Below, piece by piece: positions 8,263-17,611 of a stretch of DNA of 51,266 nucleotides. The notes under the pieces are model-generated. The model ran no database searches. It saw nothing but the letters and a program-made list of their open reading frames with translations, and was not told the DNA's origin. Made by a program: the position numbers and the translations under genes. Position 1 is the first letter of the stretch. Every line of letters starts with the position of its first letter. This DNA comes from an uncultured Pelolinea sp. GTDB taxonomy: Bacteria; Chloroflexota; Anaerolineae; Anaerolineales; Anaerolineaceae. The stretch spans positions 1-51,266 of the forward strand of contig CAYPAG010000002.1 in assembly GCA_964408645.1 (NCBI GenBank), given 5' to 3'.

Positions 8263-8637
8263 TCAATCGCCTTTCAGTCCTATAACCATTGCGATGGCGT
8301 TTTGCCTGGAGTGGCTGATGCTCAGGCTCCATTCGGTGATGCCTTTTTCGTGTGAAATGGCCAGCGCTTTCCCTGATAATTTCGCATGTGGTTTTCCCAG
8401 ATCGTCTTTGATCACTTCGATCTCCTGCCACTTGATCGGGCCAATGCCGCAGCCAAGCGCTTTGGCCAGTGCTTCCTTGGCAGCAAAATAACCGGCGGCA
8501 CGTTCCAGATGATCGCCAATTGCTTGACGCTCGACTGAAGTGAAAACTCTTTCAAAAAAACGCCCGCGTATTGATGGCGATAAATCGCTAAACCTTTGGA
8601 CCTCTACCAGGTCAACACCGGTGAAAAGGTTTTGCAT
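8263..8637 (-). CDS. acpS: Holo-ACP synthase
   Basis: GVDLVEVQRF, FAAKEALAKALG, GKP and LSISH motifs; 124 aa. Confidence 0.93.
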   Translation of the reverse strand: MQNLFTGVDLVEVQRFSDLSPSIRGRFFERVFTSVERQAIGDHLERAAGYFAAKEALAKALGCGIGPIKWQEIEVIKDDLGKPHAKLSGKALAISHEKGITEWSLSISHSRQNAIAMVIGLKGD

Positions 8638-9944
8638 TAAAGCATATCCTCCCCAAGCCCGGCGCTGGCGATCACCAGTTTGTCAGGATCAAGATACTTT
8701 TGCGATGCGTTCAGGATCTGCGTGGGGGTGATGGCATCAATCATCGCGGGATAGTGTTGGTAATAATCCAAGCCCAGGTTGAACCGCTCGATGGTTAAAA
8801 TAGCGTTGGCCAAGCCGGAATTGGATTCCAGGGAAAGCGGCAAGCGGCCAATGAGATTGGATTTTGAATCAGCCAATTCCTCGTCTGATACTGGTTCCGA
8901 AACAAATATCTTGATTTCCTGGCGGATGAGATCAATCACTTTTTCCAGATTTTCGGGATTCAAGCCTGCGGAAAATTCCCAGGTGCCCGTCTCCTGCCAG
9001 CCGCTGATGCTGCTGGACGCATGGTAAGCCAAGCCGGATTTGGAGCGGACGCTTTCTCCAATTCGCCCCATCAACCCGAATTGCCCGAGAATATTATTGC
9101 CCAAGTATATAGGTAAATAATCTTCTGAAATCCGTGATGGGCCGATTGTCCCGATTTGCAGATCGGTCTGGCTTTTTTCTTCAACAAAACGATGTTTGCG
9201 GATGAGGCCATCAGGCGGCGCAGGCACATGAGGAATGGAAAAGTTATTCGATTCTTTCTTTTCCCAATCGCCAAAATAATTTTCCGCCAGCGTTTTGGCT
9301 TGATTTCCATCAATGGCTCCGGCAGCCACCAGGATCATTTTTGACGGTTGATAGAAGCTGTTGTGGAAATTAACCAGATCATCGCGTTCGATGGGCTTGA
9401 CTGTTTCAACAAAGCCATCCACCGGATCGCCGAAAGGATGACCCGGGAAGAGGGATTGGTCAAAGAGGAGTGAAGCCACATCGGAGGTGTCCTGATCGCG
9501 GATCGCGAGCCCGGCCAGCAGCTGGTTGCGTAATCTCTGCACATACTCAGATGGAAAAGCGGGCTGCCGCAGACTTTCCGCTGCAAGGCTGACCAGCATT
9601 TCCAGATCCTCTGCCAGCGCTTTCCCGTGGAACCAGGTGTGCCGGCTCCCGCAGCTGAACGACAAATTGGCGCCGCGAGACTCCAGTAATTCATGATATT
9701 CAGCAAAACTTTTTTTCGTTGTTCCCCGTGTGAGCATGGCCGCAGTGAAGTGAGCCAACCCAAGTTTTTCTCTGGGATCGGCGGCTGCACCGACCTCCAA
9801 TAGGCCGACCAGATCTACAGAAAATGTGTTGAAATTGCTGAAGGTCAACAGGGTGATTCCGTTGGGCAGCACGCTCCGCATAATGGAGTTAGCCCCGGGA
9901 AGGTTTTTGAGGTTTTCGACCACCGGATGCATATTAGTCTCCAT
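8637..9944 (-). CDS. M16B peptidase, non-catalytic partner subunit
   Basis: LPNG and GLAHFTAAMLTRGT (HxxEH lost), with the C-terminal R...GLAY substrate-binding motif retained. Confidence 0.88.
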   Translation of the reverse strand: METNMHPVVENLKNLPGANSIMRSVLPNGITLLTFSNFNTFSVDLVGLLEVGAAADPREKLGLAHFTAAMLTRGTTKKSFAEYHELLESRGANLSFSCGSRHTWFHGKALAEDLEMLVSLAAESLRQPAFPSEYVQRLRNQLLAGLAIRDQDTSDVASLLFDQSLFPGHPFGDPVDGFVETVKPIERDDLVNFHNSFYQPSKMILVAAGAIDGNQAKTLAENYFGDWEKKESNNFSIPHVPAPPDGLIRKHRFVEEKSQTDLQIGTIGPSRISEDYLPIYLGNNILGQFGLMGRIGESVRSKSGLAYHASSSISGWQETGTWEFSAGLNPENLEKVIDLIRQEIKIFVSEPVSDEELADSKSNLIGRLPLSLESNSGLANAILTIERFNLGLDYYQHYPAMIDAITPTQILNASQKYLDPDKLVIASAGLGEDML

Positions 9945-11220
9945 TCCCCCTGGGTTTGTAAATACCGATAATGCGGTGTTCCGGATCCAAATATTTCCTG
10001 GCCGTTTCTGCTACCATTCGCGGGGTGACATCTTCAATTTGCTCTATGTAATTCTCAAACCATGCGTGGTCGGCAAACATGGATGCGTATCCAAGCCAGA
10101 AGGCTTGGTTGGTGATGCTTTCGCTGCCGTATGCGAAGAGCGCTTTGGCCTGTTTGATCGCTCGCTTGATCTCTTCGCTTGAAACCAGGGTGTTCTGCAG
10201 ACGATCAATTTCACTGTTGATGATTTCCTGGACTTTATCAAGCGACTGGCCCGGCTGGCAGATGGCCAGGATCTCATAGAGATATGGGTCAATGGTCGCT
10301 TGCACGCCGGCGGAGACGCTGGCTGCCAAGTCCTTTTCGACCAGAGATTGGTAGAGACGGCTGGTCTTGTTTGAAATGCTCCCCCCGCCAAACATTGCCA
10401 GCGGCGAAGGGCCGGTTAACAGACTGTCAAGAACGATTAACGGGAAGAAATCACTGCTCTTCGCATCAGGTGAACGGTAGCTAAGCTGAAGATAGATGGT
10501 GCTGCCTGGGCCTTCAATCTCGATTTGCTTTTTTTCAGGCAATTCAAATTCCGGTTTCGGGATGTATTTCTTTTCCGTGCTGCCGGGTATCTTGCCAAAA
10601 ATTTCCTTATATTTGTTAATGATCTCGCCGGTGTTGAAATCACCCGCGACTGCGATCAATGCGTTGTCAGGCGTGTAGTGGTCCTGATAATACGCGAAGA
10701 GATCATCCCGCGAGATCGTTTGAAGATCCTCCAGGTCGCCAATCACCTGATGAGCGTATGTGTGATGCGCAAAGGCTGCTTTCTGAATGGCTTCCCCCAG
10801 GCGGAAGAGCGGTTCGTTCTCGTTGCCCTCGCGCTCGGAGATCACCACTGTTCGTTCAAGGGTTGTCTCCTGTTCATCAAAAAGACTGTTGCGCATACGG
10901 TCAGCTTCCAGGTTCAAGGCAATATCGATTTTGTGAGCCGGCATGGTTTCAAAATACGTGGTCCAATCCAGCGAAGTCATGGCATTCCAGACGCCGCCAT
11001 CGCGGGATATTTCTTTATCAAGCACGTTGATGGGATATTTTTCTGTCCCTTTGAACTGCATATGTTCGACCCAGTGGGAAATGCCTGTTATTCCCCTGGT
11101 TTCATTGCGCGATCCAACGCGGTACCATACCCATTGGCTGACCAAAGGGACATGGTGCATTTCTTTGGTGAGGATTGTCAACCCATTGTCCAGAAAATGT
11201 TTTTCGACGTTTGATTCCAT
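9934..11220 (-). CDS. M16B zinc peptidase, catalytic subunit
   Basis: Inverted zincin HWVEH, NAMTSLDWT, and ERTVVISE (third ligand). Confidence 0.92.
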   Translation of the reverse strand: MESNVEKHFLDNGLTILTKEMHHVPLVSQWVWYRVGSRNETRGITGISHWVEHMQFKGTEKYPINVLDKEISRDGGVWNAMTSLDWTTYFETMPAHKIDIALNLEADRMRNSLFDEQETTLERTVVISEREGNENEPLFRLGEAIQKAAFAHHTYAHQVIGDLEDLQTISRDDLFAYYQDHYTPDNALIAVAGDFNTGEIINKYKEIFGKIPGSTEKKYIPKPEFELPEKKQIEIEGPGSTIYLQLSYRSPDAKSSDFFPLIVLDSLLTGPSPLAMFGGGSISNKTSRLYQSLVEKDLAASVSAGVQATIDPYLYEILAICQPGQSLDKVQEIINSEIDRLQNTLVSSEEIKRAIKQAKALFAYGSESITNQAFWLGYASMFADHAWFENYIEQIEDVTPRMVAETARKYLDPEHRIIGIYKPRGNGD

Positions 11221-11394
11221 GAAAAATTATTCACTCCTGAATTTAACTTCCAAGAGTATACAGTATTAAGGATTCACTGATTGATAGATTTTTATCAGAT
11301 TGAGGATCAAGCGCTGGAAGATGGATGAATTGGAATTTTGAGAATCAATCTGCTTAATTCAGGTTGGAAATATCAGGAAACTAGATGCGGAGCA

Positions 11395-11892
11395 TCACTC
11401 GGGTTGCTTGGGGTCCTGAGATTGCCGGCTGCGAAAGAGAGGATTACGCGAATAGGGCAGCATCATCAGAATGCCGATGGCGATAAACCCTTCAGCGATC
11501 TGGACACCGCGCGCCTGCCAATCGCCGAAATAAGGGATGAATTCCGGATAGGGATGGCTGCCGAGGCCGAAGATATCAGCCAGGCCGGCAAATACAGCGA
11601 TGATGTAGCCGGTGCTGATGACGCGCTTGCCAATTTCCGCCGCGATGCTGGGGCGTTCGCCTTTCCATAAGCCCGTCAAACCGACGTATCCCCCAATGCA
11701 CATCAAAGCCAAACCAACCAGCATGACGCTGACCTGAATGAAACCGAGAACCGGGCTGCGATCGAGAAGGAATAGTTCGGGTTTGGCGCCAACCATCAGG
11801 ACCAAAAAACCGCCGACCGCAGTAATCAAACCGAATTGAATGCGGCGCGGCGGAAATCCGTTGTGGCTTTGGTTCTTCCGGTAATCAGGCAT
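11395..11892 (-). CDS. Hypothetical integral membrane protein (about 4 TM)
   Basis: 165-aa ORF with four hydrophobic segments, co-oriented with its neighbours. Confidence 0.75.
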   Translation of the reverse strand: MPDYRKNQSHNGFPPRRIQFGLITAVGGFLVLMVGAKPELFLLDRSPVLGFIQVSVMLVGLALMCIGGYVGLTGLWKGERPSIAAEIGKRVISTGYIIAVFAGLADIFGLGSHPYPEFIPYFGDWQARGVQIAEGFIAIGILMMLPYSRNPLFRSRQSQDPKQPE

Positions 11893-11899
11893 TATTTTT

Positions 11900-11937
11900 A
11901 TTCCCTGGAATTCGAACTCCGGTTCCTTCCAGGGAAT
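11900..11937. repeat. 11-bp inverted repeat between rpsA and the membrane-protein gene
   Basis: ATTCCCTGGAA (11900-11910) pairs with TTCCAGGGAAT (11927-11937). Confidence 0.75.
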
Positions 11938-11988
11938 TTCAACCTCATCTGGCTAAATAATAACCTAAACGGCTAATGAAAAAAGTGT

Positions 11989-13344
11989 TTATTCCGCAGC
12001 GTCTTCGGCAGGCGCGTCTTCTTCATCCGCGGACGGTTCGACTTCTTCCACGGGTTCTGCTTCAGAAGAGGCAACCGGTTCCTCAACCGTTTCTTCACTT
12101 GAAGTTTCTTCAGCTTTCGCTGCGGGTTGATCCTCGATCACCTTGATATCGGTACCTTCAAGTTCCTTTTCGAGGGCCTTAAGGTCCATATCTGCAAAAG
12201 CCAGTGATTCCACACGGCGCAGGCTGAGGCCAACGCGATGGGATTCGGGTTCAACCTTGATCACGCGCAGGGTGACGCCATCGCCTTCATGCAAGACTTC
12301 CTTGGGGTGGGTGATGTGCTCTTCGCTGATCTCAGAAATATGGATCAGTCCTTCGATGCCGTTGTCGAGCATCGCGAAAGCGCCGAATTTGGTCAGACGG
12401 GTGATCTTGGCCTCAACCAATTGCCCGACGCGCATGTCTCCGATCTGACCCTGCCAGGGATCATCCTGAAGCAGGCGGATGGACAACCCGATATGACGTT
12501 TCTCTTCATCAATGCTGATGATCTTGACCTCAACCTCCTGGCCAACCTTCAGCACGTCACCCGGGTGGCGCACCTTGTCCCAGGAGATCTCGGACACGTG
12601 CACCAGACCGTCAGCGCCGTTAATATTGACGAAGGCGCCAAAATCAGCCAGGCTGGTGACTTTCCCTTTGCGGATATCACCCACGTTGAGTTTTTCAATG
12701 ACCTTGTCGCGGACTGTGTCTCGGGTTTCGTGAACAGCGGCTTTTTCAGAGAAGATCAGACGCCTGCGCTCCTGGTCAACTTCGATGATGCGGAGGGTCA
12801 TCTCCTGACCCATCAGCTCATTGAAACGTTGTTCTGCAGAATCACCGCTGATCTCCGCGCGCCGGCTGTAAGCAAGCAGCGAAGCGGGCAGGAAGCCCTG
12901 AAGTTCGTGAAATGAAACGATCAAACCACCGCGGTTATACCCAATGACCTTGCCGGTAAAAATATCCTCATTATTCATGAGTTTGACTGCTTCTTCCCAG
13001 GCTTCTGATTCCACGGCGCGGATGTAAGAAAGGATCAGGTTGCCGTTTTGGTCTTCAGCAGTGATCACGTAGACTTTGATCTCCTGGCCGACTTCCATAG
13101 AGGCGAAAACATCGGGCGGGATCAATTCAAATTCCTGCCCGCTGATGATGCCTTCTGATTTGGCGCCGATGCCGACCATGATTTGACCGGGTGAAATGCT
13201 GGCAATGGTGCCGGTCTTGATTTCGCCAGCTACCGGTAATTCAAGACCCAGCCCCTCCTCTTTCAATAAAGAAGCCATGTTTTTGTATTCTTTATTTTCG
13301 TTCTGCTGCTCCCCTGAGGGTTGGGTGGTGTCGTTGTAATCCAT
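11989..13344 (-). CDS. rpsA: 30S ribosomal protein S1 (4 S1 domains plus an acidic tail)
   Basis: S1 repeats (DFGAFVNINGADGLVHVSEISW, KFGAFAMLDNGIEGLIHISEIS). The start is set at ATG 13344 because the promoter lies at 13382-13410. Confidence 0.93.
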   Translation of the reverse strand: MDYNDTTQPSGEQQNENKEYKNMASLLKEEGLGLELPVAGEIKTGTIASISPGQIMVGIGAKSEGIISGQEFELIPPDVFASMEVGQEIKVYVITAEDQNGNLILSYIRAVESEAWEEAVKLMNNEDIFTGKVIGYNRGGLIVSFHELQGFLPASLLAYSRRAEISGDSAEQRFNELMGQEMTLRIIEVDQERRRLIFSEKAAVHETRDTVRDKVIEKLNVGDIRKGKVTSLADFGAFVNINGADGLVHVSEISWDKVRHPGDVLKVGQEVEVKIISIDEEKRHIGLSIRLLQDDPWQGQIGDMRVGQLVEAKITRLTKFGAFAMLDNGIEGLIHISEISEEHITHPKEVLHEGDGVTLRVIKVEPESHRVGLSLRRVESLAFADMDLKALEKELEGTDIKVIEDQPAAKAEETSSEETVEEPVASSEAEPVEEVEPSADEEDAPAEDAAE

Positions 13345-13381
13345 TGATATTAAATGCTCCAATACGATAAGATAATGCGTC

Positions 13382-13410
13382 ATTATAAGGGTTAATGAAT
13401 AACTTGACAA
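13382..13410 (-). promoter_or_regulatory. sigma70 promoter of rpsA
   Basis: TTGTCA (13410-13405), 17-nt spacer, TATAAT (13387-13382). Confidence 0.8.
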
Positions 13411-13499
13411 CCCTGCCACATTTTCAGGGAAAAATCAAGGTATCCAAAAAGATGTTTTTGGGTAAATGATCTCGAATATTTCCCTGGTGGAATACCGAC

Positions 13500-16400
13500 T
13501 TACCGTTTTTTGTGACGTTTGCGCGATTTTTTGCCGCTGTCAGTTTTTGGCTGTCCGGATTCCTGCTTGGGGAGGGGCAGCGGTTCGGGTTCGGGCGGAC
13601 GAGGCTGGGCTGGCTGCAGCCGGAACATTTGACTGATCACACCCAGGCGGATGTCTGAGAGCAGATCCCTGAATCGGTCGGTGGATTGGTTCTTGTATTG
13701 AACCAGCGGATCGCGCTGGGCATACGCTTCCATGCGGACGGACACCCGTAGGGCTTCCATCTGGGTCAGATGCTCGATCCACAGGTCGGAGATGGCGCGT
13801 AGCAGGATGTGCCGGTAGATCACATTCTGCACTTGGTGTCCGAAAGCGTAAACAATTCTTTCATCGTTCTGCGCAGCGATCTCACGCAAATTCATTTGGC
13901 TCAAAAAGGTAAGCTGCTCTTTATCCAGATCGGGGCTGAGTTTTTCGAGGTAAGCCCAATCCAATAGGTTTTCTTCGCCTGCGGATTGTGATAAGCGCTG
14001 AATTTCCATCCGCCCCCAAATAAATTGAAGCTGGCGTTGGCTTTCCTGCAGATGGTTGAGCACCTCGGCGGTGATATCCAGGTCAGATTTGTTATCCAGC
14101 GAGCGGGCAGCCAGAAAAATATAATTGAATAGGTTGACACGACGGTTGACCCGCTGGCGTGACCGCGTGTCGATCACCGCCTGGATGCCTTGCGGCATTC
14201 CCGCTGCCAGTTCAGCATGGTCAACTACACCAGTGTCTGATTGACGCTTGAGGATGGCTTCAATATTTTGCGCGATCTGGCTGGCCGGGCTGCCCAGGTT
14301 TTCTAACCGCTCCGAATAAACCTTTTCAATGGCTTCCGTAAAGGACTGCCCAACCGTGAGCCAATCTTTATCAGCCAGAGATGCGAGGTCAACACCCAAC
14401 CGGCCGCCCAGGCGGCGTTCGACGGTCATCGCCATTCGGGAAAGAAAAGTGGACATGAGCTGTGATTCGACCTCGTCGCGAATGGACTGGATGGTGCTGC
14501 GGTCGTTGGCAGTTAATTCACGCGCGCTTTCGCCGGTCAAACTAATTTTCAACCGCACCTGGTTTTGCAGCAGGTCGGATAATTCGCGAGTTGACATCTC
14601 CGCATAATCTTCGATGTTGTCAAGGAAAATATCCAGCAGCTCCATGCGTTCTGCCAGTTGAGTGTTGAAGCTCTCGGCGGTGCGCTCTATAAAAGATTCG
14701 GTTTGTCCAATCAGATGGATTTTTTCTGCTTCCATTGCTTTTTTGGCCAAGTTCAAAGCGGCGGTCTTAAGCTGATCTTTGTCCTCTGAATTTTTCGCTT
14801 CATTCTTAAGAAGGTTCGTAATAATTGCGAGTGTGAATGAGAGGATGCGTTCATTGAGCTGGGTGTAAAAGAAAGTCGGCTGCATTTCTTCCAGAAAAGC
14901 CAGCAGCTTCCAGGGGCCTTCGGGATCCGCCAGCGCTTCAGGCACGCGCCGGGTGATCTCACTTCTCAGCATCTCGAGCACATCTTCTTCGAGGTCCTCT
15001 TTGACCAGGACACGGTCGCGTTCCTTATATATGCGTTCGCGCTGATCATTGAGCACGTCATCATATTCAAGGAGGTGCTTGCGGATGTCGAAGTTGTGGC
15101 CCTCAACGCGCTCCTGCGACTGCTCCACCAGGCGGCCGAGCATGCGGCTTTCCAATGGGACAGACGGATCGATATTGAACAGCTGCATCATGGCCTGCGC
15201 GCGCTCCCCGCCGAACATGCGCATCAGGTCATCTTCGAGCGAGAGATAGAAACGCGAGGAACCGGGATCGCCCTGGCGGGCGGCGCGGCCGCGCAGCTGG
15301 TTGTCAATGCGCCGGGCTTCATGACGTTCAGAACCGATCACGTGCAGTCCACCGACCTGGCGGACGCGCTTCATATCATCCAGGAAAGCCAAATATGTGT
15401 TGATCGACTCCAAATAGGGAGTCTTTGCGTCATCTGTGAGCGTGCCCAGAGCTGCCGCCATCTCGGCATTGGTCATGCCGTAGGGATTCAACCCGCCTGC
15501 ATAGATGGCTTTGCGTATATCTGAAATCGTTTCTTCCTGGATCTCGCCGCCCAGCTTGATGTCCACACCGCGCCCGGCCATGTTGGTGGCGATGGTCACT
15601 GCCCCAAAGGCGCCGGCGCCGGCTATGATCTGCGATTCCTGGTCGTGCTTGAGCGCGTTCAGCACCTTGTGGGGAATACCACCAGTGATGGCAGATTTCA
15701 AGCGGCCGGCCTGGTCTTCTTCAAGTTCAAGATATTCAATCAACGCACTCAGGTTTTCTTCGGTTTCGGGATTGATGGATGTCATGCCGACACTGGCTGC
15801 GAACTTTCGCATCTGGTCTGGAACAAGGTCATTGAGAGGTTGGTTCAGAAATTCCAGCTCGGGGATGGTTCGTTCGGGCACGTTGATGTTGTTTTTCTTG
15901 AAGTATGCTTCGCGGATGAGCGTGACCATGGCCAGGCGGCGGATGGCTTCCGCGCGCAGGCGGGTGGAGATCACTTCGGAGTTTTCAATTGAAGAGGAGC
16001 CCACCAATTGCGGGCGGCCGATGACATGCAGGCGCAGGATCTCCAGGACAATGGCCCGCAGTTTGCCTTCGATCGACCTGAAAACGACGTCGGGGTAATC
16101 TTTGCGTTTCCAAAAAACCGGCGTTTTGTCCGCGTCGTCTTTCGCCGCGTAATAGGTAAAAGCGTATCCCTCCTCATCTTTTGCCTGAAGCGTCAGCATG
16201 CCAGAATCTGGTTTTTGAGATTCATAGTCCAAATTGGTGGGCATTTCCACCACATCCAGACGGTAAATCGTTGAAAATTCCTCCGCTTCTGTCGATGCGG
16301 TGCCGGTCATGCCAGCCAACTTCTCATATTTGCGGAAATAGTTCTGCAGGGTGATGGTGGCGTGGGTGATATTTTCCGGCTTGACCTTCGCGCCTTCCTT

Positions 16401-17516
16401 GGCCTCCACCGCTTGATGCAGCCCTTCGGACCAGCGGCGGCCGGGCATCAGTCGCCCGGTGAATTCGTCCACAATGATCACTTCGCCATTTTGGACGATG
16501 TAATCCTTGTTACGGTGATAAAGATGTTGAGCGCGCAGGGCTTGCTCAAGGTAACCAAGCAGCCGCGCTTGTTCGGGCGTGATATCCTCTGGCCGGTCAG
16601 GGTCACGAAGCGGAATTTTAAGCAGATCTTCCACATGCGCTTCGCCGATCTCGGTCAGCGAGATGCTGCGCTCCTTTTCATCCATGTCGTAATCTTCAGG
16701 TTCCAGCTGTTTCACCACAGCAGCCATGCGGGCGTACCATTCGACATCTTCAGAAGCCGGGCCGGAAATGATGAGAGGGGTGCGGGCTTCATCAATCAGG
16801 ATGTTATCGACCTCATCAACGATGGCAAAATTAAAACCGTGCTGTACGCGGCTGTTGATATCCATCACCAGATTGTCGCGCAGGTAATCAAAACCGAATT
16901 CATGATTGGTGCCGTAAGTGATATCTGCGCGATACGCGTCAGCGCGCGGCACTAAAATGAGCTGGTCTTCCTCTTCACGGGCGTCGCGTTTGTCCAGATC
17001 CACCAGATACGCGCTGCGCGCATCTCCTGTGCGGCTGGACATTTGCAGCACACCGACACTCAACCCGAGCCTGCGGTAGATCGGCGCCATCCAGCGCGCG
17101 TCGCGGCGGGCTAGATAATCATTCACGGTGACCAAGTGGACGCCTTTTCCTGTCAGCGCATTTAAGTAAAGCGGGAGCGTGGCGACCAGCGTTTTGCCTT
17201 CACCGGTGCGCATTTCAGCGATGCGGCCTTCATGCAGCACCATGCCGCCGATCAGCTGGATATCGAAATGGCGCAGGCCTGTGGTGCGTTTGCTGGCTTC
17301 GCGAACCGCGGCAAAAGCTTCCGGCAGGATATCATCCAGCGTTTGGCCGTCAGCTAATCGTTGTTTGAATTCCTCCGTCTTGGCTTGCAGCGCTGTGTCC
17401 GGAAGTTGTTCGTACGCAGCTTCAAGTTCGTTGATTTTAACGACGACCGCGCTCATGCGGCCGAGCTCTTTTTTCAGGGGATCCCCGCCGAGCGCTTTGG
17501 CGATATTTTTGAACAT
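13500..17516 (-). CDS. secA: Preprotein translocase ATPase SecA (enlarged, 1338 aa)
   Basis: MRTGEGKT, VNDYLARRD, DEVDNILIDEARTPLIISG, RRWSEGLHQAVEAKE, ATNMAGRGVDIKL, RHEARRIDNQLRGRAARQGDPG and YAQRDPLVQY motifs. Confidence 0.97.
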   Translation of the reverse strand: MFKNIAKALGGDPLKKELGRMSAVVVKINELEAAYEQLPDTALQAKTEEFKQRLADGQTLDDILPEAFAAVREASKRTTGLRHFDIQLIGGMVLHEGRIAEMRTGEGKTLVATLPLYLNALTGKGVHLVTVNDYLARRDARWMAPIYRRLGLSVGVLQMSSRTGDARSAYLVDLDKRDAREEEDQLILVPRADAYRADITYGTNHEFGFDYLRDNLVMDINSRVQHGFNFAIVDEVDNILIDEARTPLIISGPASEDVEWYARMAAVVKQLEPEDYDMDEKERSISLTEIGEAHVEDLLKIPLRDPDRPEDITPEQARLLGYLEQALRAQHLYHRNKDYIVQNGEVIIVDEFTGRLMPGRRWSEGLHQAVEAKEGAKVKPENITHATITLQNYFRKYEKLAGMTGTASTEAEEFSTIYRLDVVEMPTNLDYESQKPDSGMLTLQAKDEEGYAFTYYAAKDDADKTPVFWKRKDYPDVVFRSIEGKLRAIVLEILRLHVIGRPQLVGSSSIENSEVISTRLRAEAIRRLAMVTLIREAYFKKNNINVPERTIPELEFLNQPLNDLVPDQMRKFAASVGMTSINPETEENLSALIEYLELEEDQAGRLKSAITGGIPHKVLNALKHDQESQIIAGAGAFGAVTIATNMAGRGVDIKLGGEIQEETISDIRKAIYAGGLNPYGMTNAEMAAALGTLTDDAKTPYLESINTYLAFLDDMKRVRQVGGLHVIGSERHEARRIDNQLRGRAARQGDPGSSRFYLSLEDDLMRMFGGERAQAMMQLFNIDPSVPLESRMLGRLVEQSQERVEGHNFDIRKHLLEYDDVLNDQRERIYKERDRVLVKEDLEEDVLEMLRSEITRRVPEALADPEGPWKLLAFLEEMQPTFFYTQLNERILSFTLAIITNLLKNEAKNSEDKDQLKTAALNLAKKAMEAEKIHLIGQTESFIERTAESFNTQLAERMELLDIFLDNIEDYAEMSTRELSDLLQNQVRLKISLTGESARELTANDRSTIQSIRDEVESQLMSTFLSRMAMTVERRLGGRLGVDLASLADKDWLTVGQSFTEAIEKVYSERLENLGSPASQIAQNIEAILKRQSDTGVVDHAELAAGMPQGIQAVIDTRSRQRVNRRVNLFNYIFLAARSLDNKSDLDITAEVLNHLQESQRQLQFIWGRMEIQRLSQSAGEENLLDWAYLEKLSPDLDKEQLTFLSQMNLREIAAQNDERIVYAFGHQVQNVIYRHILLRAISDLWIEHLTQMEALRVSVRMEAYAQRDPLVQYKNQSTDRFRDLLSDIRLGVISQMFRLQPAQPRPPEPEPLPLPKQESGQPKTDSGKKSRKRHKKR

Positions 17517-17559
17517 TCCTGGCCCTTTCCGGTGCGATTATAGCATAGCGGCTTTAATG

Positions 17560-17596
17560 AAAAAAAGGCGTGTTTATTTGAGTAACCACGCCTTTT
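17560..17596 (-). terminator. Rho-independent terminator of lpdA
   Basis: Minus strand AAAAGGCGTG...CACGCCTTTTTTT. An extended -10 (TGCTATAAT, 17545-17537) for secA follows. Confidence 0.8.
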
Positions 17597-17611
17597 AATT
17601 GATGAATGATC

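Noticed and set aside
8637-9944. M16 gene lacking HxxEH as a pseudogene
   Set aside because: It is full length and keeps the R/Y motif; catalytic plus non-catalytic pairs are normal for bacterial M16B.
11907-11922. tRNA T-arm-like GGAGTTCGAATTCC on the minus strand
   Set aside because: There is no cloverleaf, D-arm or anticodon arm around it; it is part of a simple inverted repeat.
13850-17045. Inteins as the explanation for the SecA insertions, or in ATPase subunit A
   Set aside because: There are no C/S...HN-C/S/T splice junctions or LAGLIDADG motifs, and the [10 protein letters not shown] site in subunit A is uninterrupted.
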